The notes under the pieces were generated by a model that searched no databases, had not been told where the DNA came from, and was given only the letters and a program-made list of their open reading frames with translations. A stretch of 63,340 nt of DNA, the filler included. It is 4 parts of 4 records of this genome, joined end to end, with 100 filler letters (N's around TTAATTAATTAA, not from the genome) between each part and the next. Parts side by side here need not be neighbours in the genome. Positions count along the whole stretch, not along the records: positions 1 to 20,019 come from SRR2962707_4775; 3 more parts are not named here. One strand, written 5' to 3'. Shown piece after piece: positions 6,778 to 16,872 of this stretch. Within the stretch, counting starts at the first letter, position 1; each line of letters opens with the position of its first letter. Both the position numbers and the translations under genes were made by a program.

Positions 6778-9446
6778 AAGGACTTCAGCCACCGAAACTT
6801 CCACTGAAACTATTCCGCCTCTATTGCAGCGATGAGCGGTTAGAGGAGTTGGAAGGGGATCTCTATGAAGTTTTTCAGGAGCGAATAGCAGAAAAAGGGA
6901 CACGATTTGCTTCACTCTTCTATTGGTGGTTAGTCATTCGCAGTTTTCGATCATTCGCACTAAAAAGGACTAAAATGAAAAACAAAGGACATCTACTCTC
7001 TGTGGCCTCTTTGGCACACAACATCAAGATCGCGTGGAGAAATATAATCCGAAGAAAAACCACCACGGCTATTAACGTTACCGGGCTGGCCATAGGCATT
7101 GGTGGATTTGTGGCTATTTACAGCCTTGTATCATATGAGCTCAGATTCAATAAACATCTTCCCGATAGGGATCGCATTTACCGGGTATATACGGAATTTG
7201 GAGGGGCTTTTTCCGGAACCAACCCTGCTGTTGCAACCCCTATTCCTGATTACCTGGAGGAAAGTGCAAGCATTATCGAATCACTGGCCCGTGTATATAC
7301 TTTCCAGACCAAAGTAAAAACCAAAGGAGATGAGGGGGAGATAAAAAAATTTGATTGGAACAATAAAATAGCCTTTGTTGATCACCGGTATTTTGACGTC
7401 ATCGATCAGTATGAATGGCTTGCCGGGACAGCTAATAATTCGCTTGATAAACCCAATCAACTGGTAATCACGAAGGATCAAGGTGAGAAATACTTTGGAG
7501 GAATACCACCTCTGGATATGATAGGAAAACAAGTTATTTACGGAGATTCACTCAATGTCATTGTTTCCGGGGTTGTTTCACTCAATTCTTCAAGAACAGA
7601 TTTTGATTTTACCGATCTCATTTCCTTCAGCACGATAGATGCAACCTGGGTAAAGAATCAATTTCCCAAAGGTGAATGGACAAGTGTAAACAGCTCATGG
7701 CAGCTTTATCTTAAGTTTCACAGTCAGGCGACTGAGGATCAAATTGGAGAAATGCTCGAGGACCTCAATAGAGAGATGGCCTCTCATGAATCGGATAGTG
7801 AAACATGGCATACAGAGCTTGCTCTTCAACCCGTCGATGACATTCATTACGACTTGAATGTGGGGATCTTCGATCATTCGAGATCGGCCACCGATTTAAA
7901 GACGTTAAACATTCTGCTGGGTGTAGCAATCGCCCTTCTCTCCATTGCTATTTTCAATTTTATCAATCTTGAAACGGCACAGGCAATCAACAAATCAAAA
8001 GAAGTAGGCCTGAGAAAGTCCATGGGAATCTCAAAACCTTCTTTGATTGGTCGCTTTTTAACGGAAAGTACAATGGTCACCTTTTTAGCTGCTATTGTTT
8101 CACTCCCAGTATCATTCTATGGGGTTAAGCTGTTTTCAGATCTAGTGCCTCAAGGATTTTCTATCGAATGGACTAATCCTTTTTTCTGGATCTATCTAAT
8201 GGCATTGGTGTTAATTGTTGGTTTTCTGGCCGGGGTTTACCCGGCATTTATCGCCTCCTCTTATTCTCCTGTTCAGGCCTTGAAATCTACAATTAAATTC
8301 TCAGCTAAATCAGGAGGTAGTCAAGCCATCAGAAAAGTATTAATCACTTCCCAGTTCGTCTTTTCACAACTACTGGTCATCTGTACCATTGCCATTGTAT
8401 GGCAAGTATCCTATATGCTGGATAAAGAAATGGGGTTTAAGGATGAAGGGGTGATTTACTTTGAGACACCACGATATGAGAATAAAGAGAAGCAGCAAGT
8501 TCTACTGAACGAGATTCAGCGTATTCCTCAAATTCAATCAATGAGCGTTCATCAGAGTCCACCCGCCCGGAATGGATGGTCGACCTCCACGATGAAATTT
8601 TATGATCAGGATTCCACCGAGACGGTGCAGTCGGTGCATCAAAAGAGAGGAGATGAACATTATTTTGACGTTTACCAGCTTGAGCTTTTAGCAGGAAGAA
8701 ATATAAAAGAAAGTGATGGGAAGCTAGAAACGGTCATTAATGAGACGTACGCTAAAATGCTTGGTTTTGAAATGCCTCAGGCAGCAATAGGTGCTAAGGT
8801 ATCAAATGGAGAGCGTGTGTATGAGGTAGTAGGGATTCTTAAAGACTTTCATTTCCAATCCCTTCATGTTGCCATTGAGCCGTTGATGTATTCGTACGAT
8901 AAAGAATACTCCAGATGTATTGGTTTATCCTTAGCAACAAAGAATTTATCGTCCACGATCAATGAACTTACGGATGTCTGGAGTAACATTTATTTGGATG
9001 AACCACTTGAAGTGAAGTTCATGGACGAAATGGTCGAGAGCTTTTATGAGACAGAAAAACGCACCTCAAAAGTGGCAGGAGTGGCTACCATAATAGCTAT
9101 ACTGATCTCTTGCCTGGGACTGTTTGGCTTGATTTCCTATAACATCATACAAAAATCCAAAGAGGTAGGTATTCGTAAGGTGCTGGGAGCTTCCGTATTA
9201 AATATCGGAACGATTCTTTCTAAAGAATTTCTAATACTCATTCTAATTGCTTTCCTAATTGCTATACCGGTAGCTTACTTCTTTATCAATAGCTGGATGG
9301 AAGACTTCACCTACAAAACCACTATTTCATGGTGGGTTTATGGTTTGGGCGGATTCATATCCATTGCCATAGCATTAATGTCAATTGGGTTAAAGATATG
9401 GAGGGCTTCTGATGCAAATCCTGTGGATTCCCTCCGATATGAGTAA
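6774..9446 (+). CDS. Duplicated MacB/FtsX-type ABC permease with N-terminal permease-prefix domain
   Basis: PPKLPLKLF...EELEGDLYE prefix, two periplasmic + FtsX repeats (KEVGLRKSMG, KEVGIRKVLGAS), C-terminal ANPVDSLRYE. Confidence 0.9.
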   Translation: MKGLQPPKLPLKLFRLYCSDERLEELEGDLYEVFQERIAEKGTRFASLFYWWLVIRSFRSFALKRTKMKNKGHLLSVASLAHNIKIAWRNIIRRKTTTAINVTGLAIGIGGFVAIYSLVSYELRFNKHLPDRDRIYRVYTEFGGAFSGTNPAVATPIPDYLEESASIIESLARVYTFQTKVKTKGDEGEIKKFDWNNKIAFVDHRYFDVIDQYEWLAGTANNSLDKPNQLVITKDQGEKYFGGIPPLDMIGKQVIYGDSLNVIVSGVVSLNSSRTDFDFTDLISFSTIDATWVKNQFPKGEWTSVNSSWQLYLKFHSQATEDQIGEMLEDLNREMASHESDSETWHTELALQPVDDIHYDLNVGIFDHSRSATDLKTLNILLGVAIALLSIAIFNFINLETAQAINKSKEVGLRKSMGISKPSLIGRFLTESTMVTFLAAIVSLPVSFYGVKLFSDLVPQGFSIEWTNPFFWIYLMALVLIVGFLAGVYPAFIASSYSPVQALKSTIKFSAKSGGSQAIRKVLITSQFVFSQLLVICTIAIVWQVSYMLDKEMGFKDEGVIYFETPRYENKEKQQVLLNEIQRIPQIQSMSVHQSPPARNGWSTSTMKFYDQDSTETVQSVHQKRGDEHYFDVYQLELLAGRNIKESDGKLETVINETYAKMLGFEMPQAAIGAKVSNGERVYEVVGILKDFHFQSLHVAIEPLMYSYDKEYSRCIGLSLATKNLSSTINELTDVWSNIYLDEPLEVKFMDEMVESFYETEKRTSKVAGVATIIAILISCLGLFGLISYNIIQKSKEVGIRKVLGASVLNIGTILSKEFLILILIAFLIAIPVAYFFINSWMEDFTYKTTISWWVYGLGGFISIAIALMSIGLKIWRASDANPVDSLRYE

Positions 9447-9545
9447 TCACTGAAAAGTAAATTTTGTTTAACAAAATGGTGATTGTCTGCTGGTTGACTG
9501 TTGATTTAGGATGATTCCCCGTTCTTTATGCTGAAATAATTGAAT

Positions 9546-10400
9546 ATGCGAATCATCCTATTACCTATCTTCATCCTTTTAGTGAGCCTATCCGCCTTTG
9601 GTCAAAATAACCTGCAGAATTATACTCCCTCCATTCTTTTCAAAAAAGGAGATTGGGAGTACAAAACATTTCAAAACCTATATACACAAACCAAACTGTT
9701 TGATACAGATGGTGGTAAGGTAGCAACCGGTCAGCGGGAGACTTTCTTTACTTCCATCAATCAGTTTCTGTACGGCCTGAATGACCAGATCAATATTGGC
9801 TTAGATGTATGGGTAAAATCATCTAATAATTCCATTGATAATTTTAGTTCATCAACAGGATTGACCGGTATTGGGCCCAAAATAAAAATCGCTCCATTCA
9901 AAGATCTTCCTCGCCTGTCTATTCAAAGCACATTTCTATTCAATACGGTTGATGACCCTGAGGGAGTGAATGGATCCAGGTATTTTTTGGAGTGGGATGC
10001 CAACTTATGGCTAAACCAGATTTACTTCGACCTGCCTCTCAACGAGAAATCTCAGCTTTTTTTCCAGCAGGCCTTTTGGTATCGAATGACAAAGGATGGC
10101 TCCTCAGTTGATAATAACTTCCTGGAGACACAGACCAGTATTTTTTATAGTTACTTTCCTACATCCCGATGGACGATTTACGGAATGACGGAGTATTTTC
10201 CAACGCATTATGATTTTGGTAATGATCGTAGCGAAGCATTCTTTGCCTACTTCTTACAATCAGGACTTGGACTTAAGTATCAATTAATACCCAACCTTAT
10301 TGAATTGGAAGCCCTGTATACCAACTTTTGGAATGGCAGTGAATTTAAAGGAGCAGGAGAAACGATAAATTTGGGTATCCGAGTGATACGCCAAAAGTGA
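9546..10400 (+). CDS. Hypothetical exported protein, probable outer-membrane beta-barrel
   Basis: Signal peptide ending SAFGQ; alternating aromatic/hydrophobic strands and C-terminal INLGIRVI strand; start 9540 (TTG) or 9546 (ATG). Confidence 0.6.
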   Translation: MRIILLPIFILLVSLSAFGQNNLQNYTPSILFKKGDWEYKTFQNLYTQTKLFDTDGGKVATGQRETFFTSINQFLYGLNDQINIGLDVWVKSSNNSIDNFSSSTGLTGIGPKIKIAPFKDLPRLSIQSTFLFNTVDDPEGVNGSRYFLEWDANLWLNQIYFDLPLNEKSQLFFQQAFWYRMTKDGSSVDNNFLETQTSIFYSYFPTSRWTIYGMTEYFPTHYDFGNDRSEAFFAYFLQSGLGLKYQLIPNLIELEALYTNFWNGSEFKGAGETINLGIRVIRQK

Positions 10401-11647
10401 GTAGAGTTCTATCAGCGATAATATTAACAACTTTTTGTTCCTTCTTAATTGATGCTCAAACAATTAAGACCATCAACTTTGAAGGTCTTCAAAAAACCAA
10501 GCCTACTTACCTGAATCAATTCCTATCTTTTGAAGAGGGAGATGAGTTGGATTCTGCAAAGCTGGAGGAAACGAAGCAACGTCTGGTCAATTTGGAAATG
10601 TTTGCTGATGTCAGCTACGAGGTAGAACAAAGTGCCAAAGGTGTCACAATTGCTTTTCACATGGAGGAGCTGTTTACCCTGCTCCCTATTTTTAATTTTG
10701 GTGGAATTAAAGAAAATTTTTGGTTTCAAATTGGTGCCAGTGAGGTGAACCTCAGCGGTCGTGGAAACAAACTGACAACCTACTACCAATATTATGACCG
10801 AAGCTCATATGCAACTCATCTCACCTTTGACAGAATCAAACAAAGTCCATGGGGTGTAAATATCAACTTAATCAAATGGTCAACATTAGAACCGTTATTC
10901 TTTAATGGCAATGCGGTTGAGTATGAATATGATAATTATACACTGGGGGTGGATGCAATCCGTCATTTCAATTTTAGAGATCGAATTGAATTCGGAGGGG
11001 CCTATTTTACTGAGGATTATAAAAAATTCACTGAAGGATCGTTCGAAGGTGCGCCTGAAAGAGTCAATAAACACAAGGTCCTCGGCAAGCTTAGGCTCAT
11101 CCACAACCGAGTGGATTACCACTTTTTTTACCTCAATGGATGGCATAATCAGTTGAATCTTCAAACAGTACAATCGTTCGATAATGATCCTGCCTTTTAC
11201 ATCATCTTCAACGACCTGAAGCGATTTATAAGAATCAGTGAGCACGGAAATTTTGCTTCCAGATTACGACTTGGCTTAAGTTCCAATGAGAAAAGCCCCT
11301 TTGCTCCATTCGTGCTGGATAGCTATGTTAATATTCGGGGAGTAGGCAATCGTGTTGATCGTGGTACTGGAGCGATTATTCTAAATGCCGAGTATCGCCA
11401 TAGCTTCATCGATCAGCGCAAACTAGCGATACAGGGAGTGCTTTTCTCTGATTCCGGATCCTGGAGAACACCCGGAGGGGACTTTTCGGACTTCACTGAT
11501 TCAAATAATTTCGTACTGTTCGCTGGTGGTGGATTTCGACTTATTCACAAGAAAATTTTCAACGCCATTTTTCGGGTTGATTATGGGGTCAATTTGCAGC
11601 AACCAGAGGTCAGTGGATTTGTACTGGGGATCGGTCAGTATTTTTAA
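10397..11647 (+). CDS. POTRA-domain Omp85/BamA-TamA-like outer membrane protein
   Basis: N-terminal POTRA (IKTINFEGLQKTK...RLVNLEMFADV), NIRG loop-6-like motif, C-terminal FRVDYG...LGIGQYF beta signal. Confidence 0.82.
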   Translation: MSRVLSAIILTTFCSFLIDAQTIKTINFEGLQKTKPTYLNQFLSFEEGDELDSAKLEETKQRLVNLEMFADVSYEVEQSAKGVTIAFHMEELFTLLPIFNFGGIKENFWFQIGASEVNLSGRGNKLTTYYQYYDRSSYATHLTFDRIKQSPWGVNINLIKWSTLEPLFFNGNAVEYEYDNYTLGVDAIRHFNFRDRIEFGGAYFTEDYKKFTEGSFEGAPERVNKHKVLGKLRLIHNRVDYHFFYLNGWHNQLNLQTVQSFDNDPAFYIIFNDLKRFIRISEHGNFASRLRLGLSSNEKSPFAPFVLDSYVNIRGVGNRVDRGTGAIILNAEYRHSFIDQRKLAIQGVLFSDSGSWRTPGGDFSDFTDSNNFVLFAGGGFRLIHKKIFNAIFRVDYGVNLQQPEVSGFVLGIGQYF

Positions 11648-12294
11648 TACGCCTCACTTTCATCATCCACTTCAGCATCTGCGCCCAGCTTTTCCCATTC
11701 AATGTTGGTCTCTTTCAGATCTGCAAGCGTATCTATATCATTGAGCTCAGGTAGTTTGTAAACTGATAACTCAAGCTCTTCAGCCTCATCCAGCAACTCT
11801 TTTAGTACCGTATCCGTGCTGTATTCTTTATCCTGAAAAAGTTGTGGGAAGTATTCACTCATACCTAGTAAATAGTAGCCACCATCTTTGGCCGGACCAA
11901 CAACCAGATCATTTTCTTCCAGCATTTCATATGCTAGCTTGATGGTCTTGGAATTGAGATCATAGCAGTCACTGCCTATAATCACCACTTTTTTGTAAGA
12001 ATCAAACGCCTCGTCAAAAGCAGTCGACATTTTTTGCCCTAAGGTCATTCCTTTCTGCACATGGGGCTTGTATTCTTCCGTATCCCATACGTCTTCAATC
12101 TCTACATATTCGGAATAGTAAACAGCTTTATCTACTTCTATTTTTCGTGTAATCTTATTGGTGTGATGAACCAATTCATTGTAAACATCGAGTGCTTTAT
12201 CTATCCCTATATCTTCAGCCAGACGTGTTTTTACCATTCCCGGGATCAGGTTCTTCACAAAAATCATCAACAAACTGTCGTTCATAGCTTTCAT
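11644..12294 (-). CDS. DUF2064/TIGR04282-type GT-A (CofC-like) glycosyltransferase
   Basis: IFVKNLIPGMVKTRLA, QKGMTLGQKM, VIIGSDC, VVGPAKDGGYYLLGM and LNDIDT motifs. Confidence 0.88.
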   Translation of the reverse strand: MKAMNDSLLMIFVKNLIPGMVKTRLAEDIGIDKALDVYNELVHHTNKITRKIEVDKAVYYSEYVEIEDVWDTEEYKPHVQKGMTLGQKMSTAFDEAFDSYKKVVIIGSDCYDLNSKTIKLAYEMLEENDLVVGPAKDGGYYLLGMSEYFPQLFQDKEYSTDTVLKELLDEAEELELSVYKLPELNDIDTLADLKETNIEWEKLGADAEVDDESEAY

Positions 12295-12302
12295 TTTCTT
12301 TT

Positions 12303-12797
12303 TTAATGAACTTTTATTCCTTTAAATAGCCATTTACCCCACAATCGGTTGTACGTATGGACACTATCGGTAGGTTGATTGTTTGGTCCAACTACAACCT
12401 CATTGCCTTCATTCTTCCATCCAAAAATACCGCCGTATAGATTCTTGACATTAGAATAACCGGCCTTTTGTAATTTTTCCCCTACTCGCTCACTCCGGTA
12501 TCCAACCGAGCAATAAACGATGACTTCTTTATCCTTCGAAATATCCCTGACTTGCTCGACTTCAAAGTCATCATAATCAACAAAGCGTGCTCCTTTGATA
12601 TGACTTACCTCATATTCTTCTTTGGCGCGTGTATCCAATAAAACCACATCATCGAGTTTTGGTTTCAACGAATCTGACTTAATCAATGGAACGGTCTTTT
12701 TATAGAGACTTTCCATTTTCTCATCAAAGGTTTTTTGCCCACATGATGTAAACGTGGATAGGATAATTAAAATAAACGGAGGTAAATATTTCTTCAT
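12303..12797 (-). CDS. Rhodanese-like domain lipoprotein
   Basis: LLDTRAKEEYEVSHIKGA, active-site VIVYCSVGYRS, NLYGGIFGW; probable lipobox FTSC. Confidence 0.9.
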   Translation of the reverse strand: MKKYLPPFILIILSTFTSCGQKTFDEKMESLYKKTVPLIKSDSLKPKLDDVVLLDTRAKEEYEVSHIKGARFVDYDDFEVEQVRDISKDKEVIVYCSVGYRSERVGEKLQKAGYSNVKNLYGGIFGWKNEGNEVVVGPNNQPTDSVHTYNRLWGKWLFKGIKVH

Positions 12798-13105
12798 TGA
12801 TACAATGCCAGTAAGCGTTCTAGATCCTTAGGATTCTGTCTCGAATCCCAAAACAGAAGAATATAAAGGGTGTCCTTTGTCACTTTATAAATCAATAGAT
12901 AGCTTTTGATAATTTTTGCTCGAACATCCTTCAATTGAGTTTTGATTCCAAGTCGGGGGAATTTTTTCAAGAGATCAATGGTAGAATTGATGTTACTCTC
13001 GAGGCTTTGACTAAAGTTCGTTGAATCGTTTCTTAGATTCCAATACTCAAAAATTTCAAGTTTTTGAGTGTAAGCCGTCTGTGTCCAAACTACTTTTTCA
13101 ACCAT
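12794..13105 (-). CDS. Type II toxin, RelE/ParE family
   Basis: KVVWTQTA, LKKFPRLG, YLLIYKV and FWDSRQNP motifs; about 100 aa, basic. Confidence 0.82.
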   Translation of the reverse strand: MVEKVVWTQTAYTQKLEIFEYWNLRNDSTNFSQSLESNINSTIDLLKKFPRLGIKTQLKDVRAKIIKSYLLIYKVTKDTLYILLFWDSRQNPKDLERLLALYQ

Positions 13106-13320
13106 TTCGAAGTTTGATCCTTAGCAACCTCATGATCAATCACTCTTCCGTATTTAATATCATCTTCTGCTGCAGAAATGCCTTTAAGTTGCTCATCAGA
13201 AAGATTATAGATTACATCAGAGTCCGACAATTCAATAAGTTTCCTCACCTCTTCCAACAAGATCGCATCATTGGTATTGGCTATTTTATTGATCAGTTCG
13301 AGTTTAATCTCTGTGTTCAT
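13090..13320 (-). CDS. Putative antitoxin of the RelE/ParE module
   Basis: 76-aa acidic protein overlapping the toxin start; LSDEQ...AEDDIKYGRVIDHEV...WL C-terminus typical of addiction-module antidotes. Confidence 0.72.
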   Translation of the reverse strand: MNTEIKLELINKIANTNDAILLEEVRKLIELSDSDVIYNLSDEQLKGISAAEDDIKYGRVIDHEVAKDQTSKWLKK

Positions 13321-14627
13321 TTTTTAAAATTAGTCATTCTCAATCTAAGCTCTAAAACAATTGTCATGAGTAAGATCATATACTCCACAACAACGATATA
13401 CATAGGAAGTTCAAACCCTTCGCTGGTATAGCCGACATACGTAAGAAATATAAGTAGGGACCAGACTATGGGGTACCAGTAGCCTGATAGCACACCAAAG
13501 GCGATCAAAGGAATAATGTACCAGGGGTGTACAGTGGTGGCAAAAAGCAAGTAAACAGTGAGAACAAAGAGTAAACTTTTCGATATGTCCCACTTTTTTC
13601 GATAGGCCAGGATTGAAACTGATAGGATTGATAGAAATGATAAGATGGATAGCAGAGGTCCAATCAAAGCAATATTGTTGTATCCGTAAAACCAGAAGCC
13701 GATTTCCCTTGCAATGAAATAAATGCTGGCATTAAACTCGAACGATCGGAAATAGAGGTCCAGACTCGACAGCATACCTTGAAGAAAAGTTGTATCTAAC
13801 ATCGGGATGAGGGTGATAACAGCGATACATCCTCCGGCTATGGAAATCCACCACTTTTTATTTCTGAGTCCAACCATAAATACAGCCGGCAGATAAATGA
13901 GCGGGAGAAGCTTGGTGCCGATTGCTAATCCAAATCCGATTGTAGAAACCAGGTTTTTACTTTTTTGAAATCCATAAATGCCCAAAAGAAGAAAGAAAAC
14001 CACCAGCACCTCAAAATGTAGACTTCCTACACCCTCAAGAATTACCAATGGATTGAGCCAAAACCAATGGACAAGAAAAGAGTGCTTTCCGCTTGCTTTT
14101 AGGATTGCCTTGAGTAGGAAAAAAGAACCAACATCAGCTCCAAACAGAATCAAACGAATCACATTCGCAGAAACCAGCCAGTCCCCATTTCCAATGACCG
14201 CACTCAACCAAAAAATGGCCTGATTAAGGGGTGGGTAGACCGTGAAGTATTGTGGAGAATTGAGCAATGCATAAAGCTCGTGAGTAATACCTGGTATTTC
14301 TTTATCCAGATAGAAGTCCGGTAATGCTTCAAATGGATGAATCCCATTCTTTATCAATGTCCCGTCCCAGATAAATCGATATAGATCATCGGATAGGGAT
14401 GGCAGGCTAAAAAACATGAGAATCCTCAGGATAATCCCGGCATTGAAAAGGGTTTTTGAGTCTTCTGAATTTTGAAGCAAAAAAACATAGGCCATAAAAC
14501 CACTTCCATAGGCCAGCATCAGAGAAAGTGATTGGTATCGCTCGATCCAGTTGCTAATTGAAAAAACAGCAAGGATGTAAACAGCCAGAAAAGTGTAGTA
14601 GCCTGTTTTTGCGTGTTTAATTCCCAT
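13317..14627 (-). CDS. GT-C integral membrane glycosyltransferase (GT87/MptB-like, polyprenol-phosphate-sugar dependent)
   Basis: LSDDLYRFIWDG, TVYPPL, WLNPLVI, HFE, TKLLP and VHPWY motifs; more than 10 TMs. Confidence 0.85.
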   Translation of the reverse strand: MGIKHAKTGYYTFLAVYILAVFSISNWIERYQSLSLMLAYGSGFMAYVFLLQNSEDSKTLFNAGIILRILMFFSLPSLSDDLYRFIWDGTLIKNGIHPFEALPDFYLDKEIPGITHELYALLNSPQYFTVYPPLNQAIFWLSAVIGNGDWLVSANVIRLILFGADVGSFFLLKAILKASGKHSFLVHWFWLNPLVILEGVGSLHFEVLVVFFLLLGIYGFQKSKNLVSTIGFGLAIGTKLLPLIYLPAVFMVGLRNKKWWISIAGGCIAVITLIPMLDTTFLQGMLSSLDLYFRSFEFNASIYFIAREIGFWFYGYNNIALIGPLLSILSFLSILSVSILAYRKKWDISKSLLFVLTVYLLFATTVHPWYIIPLIAFGVLSGYWYPIVWSLLIFLTYVGYTSEGFELPMYIVVVEYMILLMTIVLELRLRMTNFKK

Positions 14628-14696
14628 TATTCATTTGCGGCCAAAACAATTTCGGAGATATTATTTTCTCAATAAATACCACCTGAATTATTCAGG

Positions 14697-16154
14697 TTAG
14701 GCATGTTTCATCGGTTTCACCGACAAGATAAAAACGTATGCAAAACCAATCGCAAGCATCGCATGGAAAAGCATCAGTCCGTAATCCTCCAATTTAAACC
14801 CTGAGAATATCCCATAGATAAAATATACGGAAAGAAGGCCTTCCATAAACGTCACAGGGGTGAGCACGTTATTCAAATAAATATTGCCTTTCCATGAGTC
14901 TCCTTTCACATTGACATTGAATTTTGGTGTCCGCACAAATGGGGTTTTGATGCCCAAATACCCCTCTACAACAGCCACCGAATTATGCAGCGCCATCCCC
15001 ATGGAGAAGGCCAGGAAAACGGGAAAATTTATTAAAAAATATTTCAGGGTGTACTCCGGGTGAGTCGCTTTAGCCGCCACCCAATAAAAGAAGCCCATAG
15101 CCAAAAATCCAATGATGAATATGCTTCCCAGATCAAAAACCAATGCCAGGTCCGGGTTGTACTCTTTGATATAAAGCATTGGTATGCTTAAAACCGCAGC
15201 GATCAATAAGAGCAGAAATACCGAACTATTGAGAAGATGAAGAACGGCCCTAATTTTATGTTTCCAGCCAATGCTGGATGTGAGCACCTTTCCTAGCGTT
15301 TTTCTTGCTGTCTCAGCTGCACCTTTATTCCATCTATATTGCTGGGATTTTACTGCCGGAATAACAACCGGAAGCTCAGCCGGTGACTCAATCTCCTCGC
15401 GGTATACAAACTTCCAGCCTTTTAATTGCGCTCTATAGCTCAGGTCTAAATCTTCTGTGATGGTATCATATTGCCATCCTCCAGCATCTTCAATACATGC
15501 TTTTCGCCACACACCAGCCGTTCCATTAAAGTTGATGAAGCTACCGGCATGCTCGCGTCCCTTTTGCTCCACAGTAAAATGTGCATCAAGCCAGAAGGCC
15601 TGAATCTTAGTCAACCAGCCATAATCCGTATTGAGGTGACTCCATTTGGTTTGTACCATCCCCACTTTGCCGTGGTTGAATTTTGGTAAGGTCCGAAGGA
15701 GAAACTCCGGATTAGGCACAAAGTCCGCATCAAAAATGGCGATGAATTCGCCTTTGGCTTTTTTAAGGCCGTAAGCAAGTGCACCTGCTTTATAACCTAC
15801 CCTGTCTGAACGTCTGATTTGATGAATATCCCACCCATTTGCCTGATAAGCACTTACTTTCTTTTCAATGATCTGGATGGTCTCATCATTAGAGTCATCC
15901 AGAATCTGAATTTCAAGCTTTTCTTTTGGGTAATTAATCTTTGTCACTACATCGATGAGACGCTCTACCACATAGCGCTCGTTGTAGACCGGGAGTTGTA
16001 TCGTGACATGAGGATATTCTGTCAGGTTTGCAGACTCTTCTTCTTTTCGCTTTCTGGATTTTAAATAATGCCAGGTAAGGTTGAACTGGCCCAAGCTAAA
16101 AAGGCAAATGATCATCAAGGTGATCCCATAAAGCACGATAACTAACCACTCCAC
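14697..16154 (-). CDS. Processive GT2, cellulose-synthase-like (plant CslA/CslC-like)
   Basis: LDDS, YKAGAL, IFDADF, FNGTAGVWR, TEDLDL and QQYRW (D,D,D,QxxRW); N- and C-terminal TMs. Confidence 0.9.
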   Translation of the reverse strand: MEWLVIVLYGITLMIICLFSLGQFNLTWHYLKSRKRKEEESANLTEYPHVTIQLPVYNERYVVERLIDVVTKINYPKEKLEIQILDDSNDETIQIIEKKVSAYQANGWDIHQIRRSDRVGYKAGALAYGLKKAKGEFIAIFDADFVPNPEFLLRTLPKFNHGKVGMVQTKWSHLNTDYGWLTKIQAFWLDAHFTVEQKGREHAGSFINFNGTAGVWRKACIEDAGGWQYDTITEDLDLSYRAQLKGWKFVYREEIESPAELPVVIPAVKSQQYRWNKGAAETARKTLGKVLTSSIGWKHKIRAVLHLLNSSVFLLLLIAAVLSIPMLYIKEYNPDLALVFDLGSIFIIGFLAMGFFYWVAAKATHPEYTLKYFLINFPVFLAFSMGMALHNSVAVVEGYLGIKTPFVRTPKFNVNVKGDSWKGNIYLNNVLTPVTFMEGLLSVYFIYGIFSGFKLEDYGLMLFHAMLAIGFAYVFILSVKPMKHA

Positions 16155-16156
16155 CT

Positions 16157-16849
16157 TTACAGATATTTAAAAATTGTATAAATGATTTTGTATCCGGCAC
16201 CCAACGTTCCCCTCACTGTACCACTTACCTTCGAAACACCTATTCTCTGCCGATAATCCACCGGAATATCTTTGGTGCGCAAATTTAACTTGGCAGCTTT
16301 TAATTGCATCTCTACGGTCCAGCCATAAGTGCGATCTTTCATATCGATTGTCAGCAAGCTTTCATACCTAATCGCTCTGAATGGTCCTAGATCTGTGTAC
16401 TTCTTACCGTATAGTAACTTTATCAAGGTAGTTGCCAGCCAGTTGCCAAACAATTGCTGAACAGTCATACTGCCCTTTTCTTTTTTACCCAGCGCACGAG
16501 AGCCGATCACCATATCTACATTTTCTTCTATGATGGGCTTTACCAGATCCACTAGCTGTTCCGGGTAATCTGAGTGATCTCCGTCGAGAAACACCACGAT
16601 ATCCGGTTTAGAATGTGAAGAAGCAATGTGAGCCATCCCTTTAAGGCAGGCATTTCCATAGCCTCTGTTTGGTTCTTTGAGAGCTGTGGCTCCCCTGGAT
16701 TTTGCCTGTTCAAACGTATCATCGGTTGAGCCATTATCCACTACTATGACTTCCGAAACCCAATCTTTAGGAATTTCATCGATAACCAGGCCAACGGCAT
16801 TTTGCTCATTAAAGGCCGGAATAATCACACGGATATCTGGTTTATTCAA
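16157..16849 (-). CDS. GT2 glycosyltransferase, polyprenol-phosphate glycosyltransferase (DPM1-like)
   Basis: VIIPAFNE, VVDNGSTD, NRGYG, FLDGD, MVIGSR and TDLGPFRAI motifs; TTG start. Confidence 0.9.
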   Translation of the reverse strand: MNKPDIRVIIPAFNEQNAVGLVIDEIPKDWVSEVIVVDNGSTDDTFEQAKSRGATALKEPNRGYGNACLKGMAHIASSHSKPDIVVFLDGDHSDYPEQLVDLVKPIIEENVDMVIGSRALGKKEKGSMTVQQLFGNWLATTLIKLLYGKKYTDLGPFRAIRYESLLTIDMKDRTYGWTVEMQLKAAKLNLRTKDIPVDYRQRIGVSKVSGTVRGTLGAGYKIIYTIFKYL

Positions 16850-16872
16850 AAGAACACTCTTTTGTGAGGTGG

